This document shows, piece by piece, positions 1 through 8,570 of a DNA stretch of 64,000 bases. The notes under the pieces were generated by a model. That model was not told where the DNA came from, did not search any database, and saw nothing but the letters and a program-made list of their open reading frames with translations. Source of the DNA: an uncultured Chthonomonadaceae bacterium (GTDB lineage: Bacteria > Armatimonadota > Chthonomonadetes > Chthonomonadales > Chthonomonadaceae); assembly GCA_963817895.1 (NCBI GenBank), contig CAWFQB010000002.1, positions 320,001 through 384,000 of the forward strand. Reading direction: 5' to 3'. Position numbers and translations under genes: made by a program. The stretch's first letter is position 1. Each line of letters begins with the position of its first letter.

Positions 1-88
1 AAGACACCCGCCGCTGCGTGTACGCTTCCAGCAGGGGGCGAAGCCGCGAAAAGCGCGCGTCAAATTCTGCAACCGAAAGCTGGGGCAT
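1..88 (-). CDS. 5' part of a gene running off the window; N-terminus (MPQLSVAEFDARFSRLRPLLEAYTQRRVS) resembles sigma-70/ECF region 2
   Basis: ATG at 88 preceded by a GAAGGAG RBS and a consensus promoter; only 29 codons are visible. Confidence 0.45.
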   Translation of the reverse strand, partial: MPQLSVAEFDARFSRLRPLLEAYTQRRVS

Positions 89-152
89 GTCGTAATCTCC
101 TTCAAAGCATGTAGACATAATAGAGCAGACATAAGTATCAAATCGCATCAGC

Positions 153-181
153 ATTGTACCAAAATGGCGCAGGGTTGTCAA
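153..181 (-). promoter_or_regulatory. sigma70 promoter TTGACA-N17-TACAAT with extended -10 TG, driving the leftward gene
   Basis: Reverse complement of 153-181 reads TTGACAaccctgcgccattttggTACAAT. Confidence 0.75.
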
Positions 182-191
182 GAGTTTCGGC

Positions 192-220
192 TTGCATTTT
201 CGGGTATTTCGCATCATAAT
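192..220 (+). promoter_or_regulatory. sigma70 promoter TTGCAT-N17-CATAAT for the XRE gene
   Basis: 17-bp spacer; back-to-back with the leftward promoter. Confidence 0.6.
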
Positions 221-249
221 GTTTCAAATCAAATCGGGACGGTATCAGA

Positions 250-597
250 ATGGAACATTCACAACAGGAAATCGGAAAACGCATCAAGTCACGCCGAGAG
301 TATCTGCGTCTCAGCCAGACAGCGCTGTCGGAACTCGCCGGAGTCAGCCGCGTGACCATCTCCAACTGGGAGCGCGGTGAGCGCAGCATCAATGCTTCGG
401 AACTGCCCGCTCTGGCGTCCGCCTTAAAGGTTCCGCTGGCGTACTTTTACGGGGATGAAGAGGTTGAAGCCCCGCTCATCAACTCGTACTACAGCGGCCT
501 GTCTGCCGCCCGCCGCGCCACTGCCGACGAAATCATCCGCGCCCTGTGGCTGGAGGACCAGCAGGGCGAAACCACGCAGGGGAAGAAAGCGGAATGA
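250..597 (+). CDS. XRE/Cro-C1 family HTH transcriptional regulator
   Basis: IGKRIKSRREYLRLSQTALSELAGVSRVTISNWERGER is a typical HTH_3 pattern. Confidence 0.9.
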   Translation: MEHSQQEIGKRIKSRREYLRLSQTALSELAGVSRVTISNWERGERSINASELPALASALKVPLAYFYGDEEVEAPLINSYYSGLSAARRATADEIIRALWLEDQQGETTQGKKAE

Positions 598-680
598 GTT
601 GTTAGGTTGTTAGGTTGTTAGTTGTTAGGTTGTTAGGTTTCAGAATTTTCCCCTACTAACAACTAACAACCTGACAACTC
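597..680. repeat. Inverted tandem repeat hairpin (GTTAGGTT)n ... (AACTAAC/AACCTGAC)n
   Basis: Seen directly; same family at 1897-2025 and 11895-12008. Confidence 0.85.
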
Positions 681-691
681 GGAGAAACACG

Positions 692-1219
692 ATGGAAGAC
701 GAAACCTGGGGGGATGTGGCGGATTGGGAAACGTGGCAGGAGCGGGAAGCGGCGATTATCGCGCAGGATATTTGCGCCCGCAACTATGGACGCTGGCCGG
801 TCAGCCTTGTGGAGTGGCAGGAAGCGGCGGCAAGGTACGGCCTGCATCTGCATATCGTTGCCGCCGACCTGTCCGAACCCGCCGTAACGCTGGATACGAC
901 CATTGTGGTGCGGCACACGAACAAAGCGGGCGTACTGCAAAAGCGTATCTGCCATGAGATTGCCGAGGCCGTCGCGTACCGCGAAGGCGCGCCCCGTCCC
1001 TTCCAATTCGACAGCCCCGCCGACGAACACCATAATGTGGCGCGATTGGTAGAACGGGGCATCGCGTCGTATATGCAGAAAGAGAAACAGGCCAGTCTGA
1101 AGCGCGAAAAACTGCTTCAGTCGAAACGGGACAAATTGCGGCAACGGTTGCGGCGCATCGAAGAAGAGTTACAGGCGGAAGCCGAGCGATTGGAAGCTGC
1201 CGAAGCCCAATTAGATTAA
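692..1219 (+). CDS. ImmA/IrrE-like zinc metallopeptidase-fold protein (HEIAE motif) with C-terminal coiled coil
   Basis: KRICHEIAE helix, adjacency to an XRE gene, GGAGA RBS. Confidence 0.6.
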   Translation: MEDETWGDVADWETWQEREAAIIAQDICARNYGRWPVSLVEWQEAAARYGLHLHIVAADLSEPAVTLDTTIVVRHTNKAGVLQKRICHEIAEAVAYREGAPRPFQFDSPADEHHNVARLVERGIASYMQKEKQASLKREKLLQSKRDKLRQRLRRIEEELQAEAERLEAAEAQLD

Positions 1220-1333
1220 GCGGATTGCGCGAACCCAATCGGGATTTCAACCGTCCTATACGTTGAAGCGCAATCATGCCGGACGCGCGCTCTACGTTTT
1301 AATTTTTCCAAATGAGATTGAATCCGATATAGA

Positions 1334-1900
1334 ATGGAAACCGCTATGGCCGATACCCTGCAATGCAAGCACTGTGGCGAAATGAATCCTGTGACGACGG
1401 CTACCTGCCTCAACTGCCACACGCCCCTGACGGCCTACGGCGGGCAGGTGGGACAGGAGGAGAACTATGTCACGCGCTCCGATAAACAGATTGAAGCGCT
1501 GGAACAGCGTCCGCCCTTTGTCGCCGCCATGACCTGCTTTAATGTCCTGTTCGCGCTGGCCGTGCCGCTGTGGTCCACAATTTCGGCGTGGACAGCCCGC
1601 CCCAAAGTAAATGAGGAGGGTACGAACGCCATTCAATCGGCGGCGGGAACCCTTGTGCCGATTATCTACACGCTCACTCTGCTGCCGGTTGCCGCGCTTT
1701 TGTGCATTATCGCGTACTTTACCTGGACGCAACGGCCCTGGGCTTGGACCGCGAACGCCTTTGTTCTGGGCGGCATGGCCCTGCTTGCGGTTCTGCTGCA
1801 CGGCTTTGCGCTTTCCACCCTCATCTGGATTGCCATTATCGGCGTTTTCGCCTTCCTGTGGTTCCAAAAACCGGTGAAGGCGTGGTTCGCGCTAGATTAG
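1334..1900 (+). CDS. Zinc-ribbon membrane protein (start may be 1346)
   Basis: CKHC...CLNC followed by about four hydrophobic segments. Confidence 0.75.
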   Translation: METAMADTLQCKHCGEMNPVTTATCLNCHTPLTAYGGQVGQEENYVTRSDKQIEALEQRPPFVAAMTCFNVLFALAVPLWSTISAWTARPKVNEEGTNAIQSAAGTLVPIIYTLTLLPVAALLCIIAYFTWTQRPWAWTANAFVLGGMALLAVLLHGFALSTLIWIAIIGVFAFLWFQKPVKAWFALD

Positions 1901-2025
1901 GTTATTAGGTTATTAGGTTGTCAGGTTGTTAGGTTCCTTTGTTGTTCGGGTTGTTGCAGGCAAGAACATCGTGATACTTCGGTTTTCCTAACAACTAACA
2001 ACCTAACAACTAACAACCTAACTCT
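1897..2025. repeat. Inverted tandem repeat hairpin (TTAGGTTG)n ... (CAACCTAA)n
   Basis: Seen directly. Confidence 0.85.
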
Positions 2026-2036
2026 CGGAGATTGCT

Positions 2037-2696
2037 ATGACTGCTATTCGCGGGGCGCTTTGTGATATAGACGGGACGCTGGTTGACAGCAACGACGCCA
2101 ACGCGAAAGCGTTTGCGCAGTCGTTTCAGGAGTATGGGCTGGATATACCTTTTGAGAAGATACGCCCGCTGATTGGTAAGGGGAGCGACAAGCTGCTGCC
2201 GGAAGTGGCGGGGCTGGACAGCGAAAGCGAAAAGGGCAAAAATCTGCTCGCGCGGCGTAAAGAAATATACCTGCAAGAGTACGTGCCACATCTAAAACCG
2301 ACGCCGGGAGCGCGGGAATTGCTGGAACGCTTAAAAAATGAGAAAATTCTCATTGTCGCCGCCACTTCCGGGGAGGAAGAAACCGATGCCGCGCTGAAAC
2401 AAGTAGGGCTGCTGGAGTTTCTCGACAACAAGGCGTCGTCTAAAGATACGTCCAACTCCAAACCGGACCCGGACATTATTCAGGCCGCATTGAAGAAGGG
2501 CGGCTTGCAGGCTGGCGAGTGTATCATGATTGGGGACACGCCCTACGATCTGGAAGCGGCTAAAAAAGCCGGCGTACCGGCGATTGCGTTGCTGACAGGC
2601 GGCTGGAAACCCGAAGATTTAGCGCAGGCCGTCGCCATCTACGCCACGCCCGCCGATCTGCTTGCGCATTTTGAAGAAGTATTTACGACAAAGTGA
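2037..2696 (+). CDS. HAD-superfamily hydrolase (class IA)
   Basis: DIDGTLVDS, KPDPD and GDTPYD motifs. Confidence 0.92.
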   Translation: MTAIRGALCDIDGTLVDSNDANAKAFAQSFQEYGLDIPFEKIRPLIGKGSDKLLPEVAGLDSESEKGKNLLARRKEIYLQEYVPHLKPTPGARELLERLKNEKILIVAATSGEEETDAALKQVGLLEFLDNKASSKDTSNSKPDPDIIQAALKKGGLQAGECIMIGDTPYDLEAAKKAGVPAIALLTGGWKPEDLAQAVAIYATPADLLAHFEEVFTTK

Positions 2697-2769
2697 GAGT
2701 GAGAGTAGACAGGAATTTACTCTCACTCTCCACTTTTAACCACTCTCACTTGTATCAAAGGAGTTTGAC

Positions 2770-4032
2770 ATGGCTACTCTCGCCGTAAGCAACATGACCC
2801 GTAAGGAAGAGACACTGGCGGAACTCGCCGCCACCGTCGCGCATCCGCCCGCCCGCGTTCCCATGCCGGCCAGCGACCCCGCGCTTGCGAAATTGAGCGC
2901 GTTGGGAACCCAGCTCTGGCTCGACACGGGCAATCTGGAAGAGGCCAGTAAACTGTGGCGGCGGGAAATGTCCGCCCTGACCACCAACAACACGCTCGCC
3001 AATCAGGTGGTGCAGACCGGCATCATGGACGATGACATTCAGGAAGCGGCCAAACGCATCAAGGACGTGGAACCCGGCATTTCCGATGAAGACATGGTAA
3101 TGGACATCGCGTTCGTGGTCAACTGCCACATCGCGCTGCGGCTTGTCCATGCCTTTGACGCCCTTGTCAGCGTGGAACTGCATCCGGGTATCGGCTACGA
3201 CATCGAGAAAACCGTTCGCTACGCGCAGCGGTATTACGCCGTCAACCCGGATCGCTTTATCGTGAAAATCCCCATGACGCCCGAAGGTTTTTGCGCGGTG
3301 GCCCGCGTCCGGCAGGAGGGCATCCCGATCAACTATACGCTCGGCTTCTCCGCGCGGCAGAACTATCTCGCGGCCCTGCTGTCCAAGCCGAACTACTGCA
3401 ACGTGTTTTTGGGACGCTTGAACGCGGTTGTGGCGGATAACAAACTCGGCGACGGCAAATTCGTGGGCGAAAAAACCACGATCGCTTCGCAGACAGGGGT
3501 TCGGGAACTGCGGGAAGCGCACGACGACATTCCCACGCACCAGATTGCCGCGTCCATGCGCAGCGCCGATCAGATGCTGTCGCTGGCGGGTCTGGACGTG
3601 TACACCATTCCGCCCAAAGCCGTGGAAGAGTTCTACAAGAACAACGCGAACCCGGATGACATCGTGGGCCGGATGCAGGAAAATTACGAGGTGAAACTGG
3701 GCAACGACACGGACAAATCCAGCGTGGAAGTGCTGTGGACAATTGACGATGCGTTCAAGAAGTTCGCGCAGGAACTCGCGAACCGGGGTGGCGCGAACCT
3801 GACCGGCGATGATCTGCGGCAGGCGGACAAGGATCACGGCACGAAACTGTTCAGCGGCTTTACGAAGGAAGAGGCCGCCGAAATCAGCAAAAAAGGCAAA
3901 ATCCCCGACACGGCGCGATGGGCAGGCCGCGCCGCGCTCGACGACGTGATGACCGAATCCGCGCTGCAATCGTTCATCATAGATCAGGGCGCATTGGACG
4001 CCCGCATCCGTCAAGTCGCCGCCAAAATCTAG
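2770..4032 (+). CDS. tal: Transaldolase family protein
   Basis: LWLDTG, TTNNT, catalytic VKIP, INYTLGFS, FLGR and AASMR motifs. Confidence 0.85.
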   Translation: MATLAVSNMTRKEETLAELAATVAHPPARVPMPASDPALAKLSALGTQLWLDTGNLEEASKLWRREMSALTTNNTLANQVVQTGIMDDDIQEAAKRIKDVEPGISDEDMVMDIAFVVNCHIALRLVHAFDALVSVELHPGIGYDIEKTVRYAQRYYAVNPDRFIVKIPMTPEGFCAVARVRQEGIPINYTLGFSARQNYLAALLSKPNYCNVFLGRLNAVVADNKLGDGKFVGEKTTIASQTGVRELREAHDDIPTHQIAASMRSADQMLSLAGLDVYTIPPKAVEEFYKNNANPDDIVGRMQENYEVKLGNDTDKSSVEVLWTIDDAFKKFAQELANRGGANLTGDDLRQADKDHGTKLFSGFTKEEAAEISKKGKIPDTARWAGRAALDDVMTESALQSFIIDQGALDARIRQVAAKI

Positions 4033-4057
4033 CCTCTTCTCTGCTTCCAAATTCTGA

Positions 4058-4094
4058 AACCCGGCGATGACCATTGTGTTCTCGCCGGGTTTTC
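4058..4094 (+). terminator. Intrinsic terminator after transaldolase
   Basis: AAACCCGGCGA...TCGCCGGGTTTT hairpin with T tract. Confidence 0.7.
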
Positions 4095-4349
4095 ATAGGT
4101 GTAGAGACAAATTGAAGGAGTATACTGATCGGCGGCATTGTCGCAATGCCTTTCGCCAGAAGCCTTGCGATCTATTGGTGGGATAAAAATCAGTGCGCGA
4201 ACCGAGGGACACATAAGTTCGACCTTCGGTTCGCGCACTTTTTTGCGTGATTACCGGAAAAAGGTGTCATTTGGAAAACTTTTTTAGAAATTCGCGTAAA
4301 ATAGGGTGAACAGGCAGGAGGAAAGGGGCAGGGAAGGCGCGAATATACC
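4095..4349 (+). promoter_or_regulatory. CRISPR leader
   Basis: AT-rich non-coding stretch abutting the first repeat, with the palindrome AGTGCGCGAACCGA...TCGGTTCGCGCACT (~4192-4239). Confidence 0.7.
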
Positions 4350-4905
4350 GTCGCAACGACTGTAAACCTCTCACGGGGATTGAAACGAGTCCCATTGGCC
4401 GGTTATAGAGTATCGCGCGAAGTGTGTCGCAACGACTGTAAACCTCTCACGGGGATTGAAACGAGTAGTCGGGCGGCTCGTCGGGAAACCGCCCTTTGTG
4501 TCGCAACGACTGTAAACCTCTCACGGGGATTGAAACATGGACATGCTCTTTACCTCAACCCGCATGATGTACTCGTCGCAACGACTGTAAACCTCTCACG
4601 GGGATTGAAACGTGCAGATGTTGCGCGTTGTCCAGGCAGAAAGGTCATTGCTGTCGCAACGACTGTAAACCTCTCACGGGGATTGAAACTGGGTTTGTCC
4701 CCGTATACAGGTACAAGGCGCAAAACGGGTCGCAACGACTGTAAACCTCTCACGGGGATTGAAACGAAATTTGAAACAAACCGCTTTCAGTTGTTCAACC
4801 GTCGGGTCGCAACGACTGTAAACCTCTCACGGGGATTGAAACAGTATCCGGGCTGTCGAACGCCGCATAGATAGTCTGCATGGTCGCAACGACTGTAAAC
4901 CTCTC
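4350..4905 (+). CRISPR. CRISPR array, 37-bp repeat GTCGCAACGACTGTAAACCTCTCACGGGGATTGAAAC; 7 identical repeats plus a truncated 8th; 7 spacers of 39, 37, 38, 41, 39, 40, 40 bp
   Basis: Repeats start at 4350, 4426, 4500, 4575, 4653, 4729, 4806 and 4883 (last matches only 23 nt); the 3' ATTGAAAC handle is typical of Cas6-processed class 1 arrays. Confidence 0.98.
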
Positions 4906-4929
4906 GCGTTATGGACGGGAGGTTTGGAC

Positions 4930-5559
4930 ATGTTGAAGCGTTACAAAGCGGGTGTCGCGTTTGCCTGCGCTGCAATTGGGGGAGTGTGCTGTCCGGCTCA
5001 ATCGCAGGTGATTTACCAATCTGCGATTGCAGGACCACTGGCGAATACAGGCTTGTTCGTGGATAACAGTCAAATTCTCGGTGTCCGTTTTACCACGACG
5101 CAGGCGTATCGTGTCACCAACATCCGTTTCAATGTCTCAGGCAACGGCACACTGTTCGCTGCCATCAACCCCCTTAACGCTGCCACTCCGTTTCCTGCCA
5201 ATCGGAACTTGAGCGACGCCGTGTTTGCCACAACCTTTACGCCTGCCGGTGGCGTCAGTTCTGTTCTCGCCATTCCCGCTCACGCTGTTTTGTTCCCCGG
5301 AACGTACTCGCTGCTTATCGGGTCGGGGTTGTTTGGGGCCACCGGGAATGGATTGGCTCCCTCCAATGCCACCGACATCGGAACGCCCCGTTACTTTTAT
5401 TCCAATTTGAACGGATTTATTGACGGCGGGTTTTCGTCCGCGCTGTTTGAAGTGGAGGGCGTACCCACCGTTCCCGAACCCGGCAGCGTCGCATTGCTCA
5501 CGGGAATAGCCGTCACGGGCGCGGCCCTCCTTGCCCGCCGCAAACGCGGGAATAGTTGA
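4930..5559 (+). CDS. PEP-CTERM sorting domain secreted protein
   Basis: N-terminal signal peptide; C-terminal VPEPGS + TM helix + RRKR. Confidence 0.92.
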   Translation: MLKRYKAGVAFACAAIGGVCCPAQSQVIYQSAIAGPLANTGLFVDNSQILGVRFTTTQAYRVTNIRFNVSGNGTLFAAINPLNAATPFPANRNLSDAVFATTFTPAGGVSSVLAIPAHAVLFPGTYSLLIGSGLFGATGNGLAPSNATDIGTPRYFYSNLNGFIDGGFSSALFEVEGVPTVPEPGSVALLTGIAVTGAALLARRKRGNS

Positions 5560-5597
5560 CTTCTTTATCGCGGGTTTCGCGGTTCCTCTCCTCTTTT

Positions 5598-6647
5598 CTA
5601 TTCCCTCTCTGTAAAACCTCTGTATCTCTGCGCCTCTGTGGTGAGTATTATAATGCGGCGATGATGGCGTCCGTCATGTCCGGTAGTTTTGGCGCTGCCG
5701 CCCAGGTCGCCGGTCATGGCGCGGCCTTCGGCCAGAACCGTGAAGACAGCGTTACGAACGCGATTGCCCGCATCGGTTTCGCCGATATGTATCAGCATCA
5801 TGGCGGCGGATAGAATCAAGGCAATCGGGTTGGCGATGTTGCGGCCCGCAATGTCGGGCGCGCTGCCGTGAACCGCCTCGAACATGGCGACGCCGTTTTC
5901 CCCGATATTGGCGGAAGCCGTCAGTCCCAATCCGCCAATCAGTCCCGACGCCAGATCGCTGAGAATATCCCCGTACAGGTTTTCCATCACCATCACGTCG
6001 AACTTTTCGGGATGCAGCACCATGTTCATGCAGGTCGCGTCCACGATCATCTCGTCGTACTCGATTTCGGGAAAGTCGCGGCGGACCCGGCGCAGGCAGT
6101 CCAGAAACAGGCCGTCCGCCAGTTTCATAATGTTGGCTTTGTGGACAGCCGTAACTTTTTTGCGCCCGTTATCTCGCGCGTACTGAAACGCATGAATCCC
6201 GATGCGGATACACGCGGTTTCCGTGATGATTTTCAGGCTCTCCACCACGCCCGGAACCACGATATGTTCCAGTCCTGCATACAAATCCTCGCTGTTTTCG
6301 CGCACCACGACTAAATCCACATTGTCATAGCGCGATTTCACGCCCGGCAGGGTTTTGGCGGGGCGCACATTCGCGTACAAATTAAGACGCTTGCGCAGGG
6401 TGACGTTCGCGCTGGAAAAACCCGTTCCAATCGGCGTGGCGAGCGGCCCTTTGAGCGCGACCCGGTTGCGGACAATGCTGTTGAACACCTCGTCCGGCAC
6501 GGGCGAACCGTATTTGACAAACGCCTCCGCGCCCGCCTCCAATCGCTCCCATTCCACCTGTACGCCCGTCGCTTCCACCACGCGCACAGCGGCCTCGGAC
6601 ACTTCCGGCCCGATGCCATCCCCTGAAATCAACGTAATCGTATGCAC
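5598..6647 (-). CDS. icd: NAD-dependent isocitrate dehydrogenase (IDH3-like); apparent 1-nt frameshift near 5681, true stop probably about 5648
   Basis: GDGIGPEV, KGPLATPIG, RENSEDLY, NLYGDILSD, EAVHGSAPDIAG; removing one G gives the ending TTDMTDAIIAAL*. Confidence 0.85.
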   Translation of the reverse strand: MHTITLISGDGIGPEVSEAAVRVVEATGVQVEWERLEAGAEAFVKYGSPVPDEVFNSIVRNRVALKGPLATPIGTGFSSANVTLRKRLNLYANVRPAKTLPGVKSRYDNVDLVVVRENSEDLYAGLEHIVVPGVVESLKIITETACIRIGIHAFQYARDNGRKKVTAVHKANIMKLADGLFLDCLRRVRRDFPEIEYDEMIVDATCMNMVLHPEKFDVMVMENLYGDILSDLASGLIGGLGLTASANIGENGVAMFEAVHGSAPDIAGRNIANPIALILSAAMMLIHIGETDAGNRVRNAVFTVLAEGRAMTGDLGGSAKTTGHDGRHHRRIIILTTEAQRYRGFTERE

Positions 6648-6667
6648 TATGTAACTCCATTCAAGTG

Positions 6668-6810
6668 TTAGCCGCAAATATACGCGAATACACGCAAATG
6701 CAATCCAGAACAGACAGGATGAACAGGATTACAGATAGAGGAAAATTGGCTGATGCCTTTGCCTGAATTGTCCTATTCATTTGCGTGTATTCGCGTATAT
6801 TTGCGGCTAA
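6668..6810. repeat. Perfect 33-bp inverted repeat built from ~9-nt ACGCGAAT units
   Basis: 6668-6700 is the exact reverse complement of 6778-6810; related copies near 9417, 27608, 31733 and 59150. Confidence 0.9.
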
Positions 6811-7018
6811 AATCATTGCTTGATTATTCTGCGGCTATGTTCGACATTGGCAAGCCCGTTTCCTGTTCGCAAGCCCTATGCTTATTACACACGCAGGAAC
6901 CGGTGAAACATTTCGCGGTTTCATGTGTCAAAATCAGGGATGCGCGGCTGTTTGCCCCCTGCCGTTTGTCACGCTCGTATTGCTTTCACCTTGCGCCGAA
7001 TTCAGGAACTCCATTTTT

Positions 7019-8476
7019 ATGCTACTCAAGCCGTTGCCGCGTCTGCTATTCTTGTGTCCTGCCGCTTTTCTGGCCGCGTCGGGAGTGTTTTGCCCGCTTC
7101 GGAGTGAGGCGAAAGTTGTCGCGTTTGGCGAGGAGCCGCGCCGCGTGGCAGGAAGGGGCATGGACGCGCTGTTCAGCGAGGAGATACAGCAGGCGACCGC
7201 TAAATTGAAATGGCGCGGCGAAACCCTGTCGCCGGATACCGTGTATGCCATTGCGCTGACCGGGCTTTCGTGGCAGCCCGCATGGGGCAAAGAACATCTG
7301 TTTTCGCTGGCATGGGGCGACAGCCGCAAAATTCCGGGTTACAGGGAACACAGCGCGGTTTACGCCAATGTGCTGCGCGACGCGCAGGCCGACTTTGCGC
7401 GGCGGGACTACGGGCGGGTTGTGTCCCTCGCGTCCAACACGTTTTCGCCGGATGAGATCGCCTGCGACGCGAATTTGAAAGAACTGGTCGGGCAGAGCTT
7501 TCTGGAATTGCGGCAGCCGGAACGCGCGTTCCCCATCTTCGCGTCCCCGTTTGAGCCGTCGCGTATCCGGCAGGACGGCACAGAGGCTAATCGGCAATTT
7601 CGCGAGGGCGCGTTCGAGGCGGCGAAACGGGCGGGACTGCAAAAAGAGGCGGTCGCGTTCGGATTGTCCCTGCTGCTGGAACCGGGAACGCCGGACGGAA
7701 AAGTGAACACCTCCGCGCTGCAATTTCTGGAGTCTGCGGGCGTGGACATAGACCGTATCGTACTGGGCATTTTGCAGGCCCCGGAGCGTTTGCGCGGCCT
7801 GCCGTCCTATGCGTATGCCGCGTCCGATCTGCTGACAACCCGCGCCACGCCGCGCCTCCTTCCGTTTCTGATGCACCTGGCGGGAACGGATGATGCGTAT
7901 TTGCGCGGCAGGGCGCTGATTGGCATGGGCATTGTAGCGTATCGGGCGCGGCGTAATGACCCGCCCGGATGGTCGAGCCGGGTTGTGCTGACAAACCTGC
8001 GCGAGTACGGCGTGTCGGTCGGGCAGCGCAAAATGATTGAGGAGGAGATCGGCAAAGCTGTTCGTGGCGACAACTACCGCCTGCGGGCATCCGGCGCGCT
8101 TGCCCTCGCCCTGATGGGCGATGACGAAAACGTTCCCATGCTGCAAAAACTCGCGCAGGATCGCGCCTACGTGCTGTCACCCGAAAACGCCAATCACGCG
8201 GAACATTCCGACCGCTCGGCGCGTGGGGGCAGTGACCATTCCCGCCGCGTGATGTTCCCCGTTCGCATGGCGGCGGCAGCGGGACTGGCGCGTTACGGCA
8301 TTGCCATGGAAGCGGGCGGCGGCGAACTGACGGGCAAAGAACTCGACAAAGCGCAGCGGGGCGGGCAGGACGTGAGCAGCGACCATCGCAACCTGCGCCG
8401 CGAAATCGCCAGCCAGATCGTCGTCACGCCCATAGACGTAGCCACCGCCGCCCCGATGGAGATTCAAAAACGCTAA
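7019..8476 (+). CDS. Secreted HEAT-repeat-like hypothetical protein
   Basis: Signal-like N-terminus; HEAT-type segments YLRGRALIGMG, RLRASGALALALMG and VRMAAAAGLARYG. Confidence 0.65.
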   Translation: MLLKPLPRLLFLCPAAFLAASGVFCPLRSEAKVVAFGEEPRRVAGRGMDALFSEEIQQATAKLKWRGETLSPDTVYAIALTGLSWQPAWGKEHLFSLAWGDSRKIPGYREHSAVYANVLRDAQADFARRDYGRVVSLASNTFSPDEIACDANLKELVGQSFLELRQPERAFPIFASPFEPSRIRQDGTEANRQFREGAFEAAKRAGLQKEAVAFGLSLLLEPGTPDGKVNTSALQFLESAGVDIDRIVLGILQAPERLRGLPSYAYAASDLLTTRATPRLLPFLMHLAGTDDAYLRGRALIGMGIVAYRARRNDPPGWSSRVVLTNLREYGVSVGQRKMIEEEIGKAVRGDNYRLRASGALALALMGDDENVPMLQKLAQDRAYVLSPENANHAEHSDRSARGGSDHSRRVMFPVRMAAAAGLARYGIAMEAGGGELTGKELDKAQRGGQDVSSDHRNLRREIASQIVVTPIDVATAAPMEIQKR

Positions 8477-8570
8477 TCTGAATTATATTTTCCTCTTCTC
8501 CTCTTCTCCTTTTCTCCTCTTCTTCTCAACCCCTTCCGTCAGGTACAATTAAATAGAGGAGAACGCGAAC

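Noticed and set aside
2755..4074. Long antisense ORFs (also 7046-8146, 23048-24034, 35016-35936, 37733-38728, 50121-51119)
   Set aside because: Shadows of recognisable genes in GC-rich DNA; no motifs
4380..4874. 164-aa ORF with repeated VATTVNLSRGLK
   Set aside because: Translation of the CRISPR repeats
4843..4882. Possible self-targeting of spacer 7 to xfp (TGTCGAACGC near 40167)
   Set aside because: Only about 10 nt match, consistent with chance; a full search was not possible
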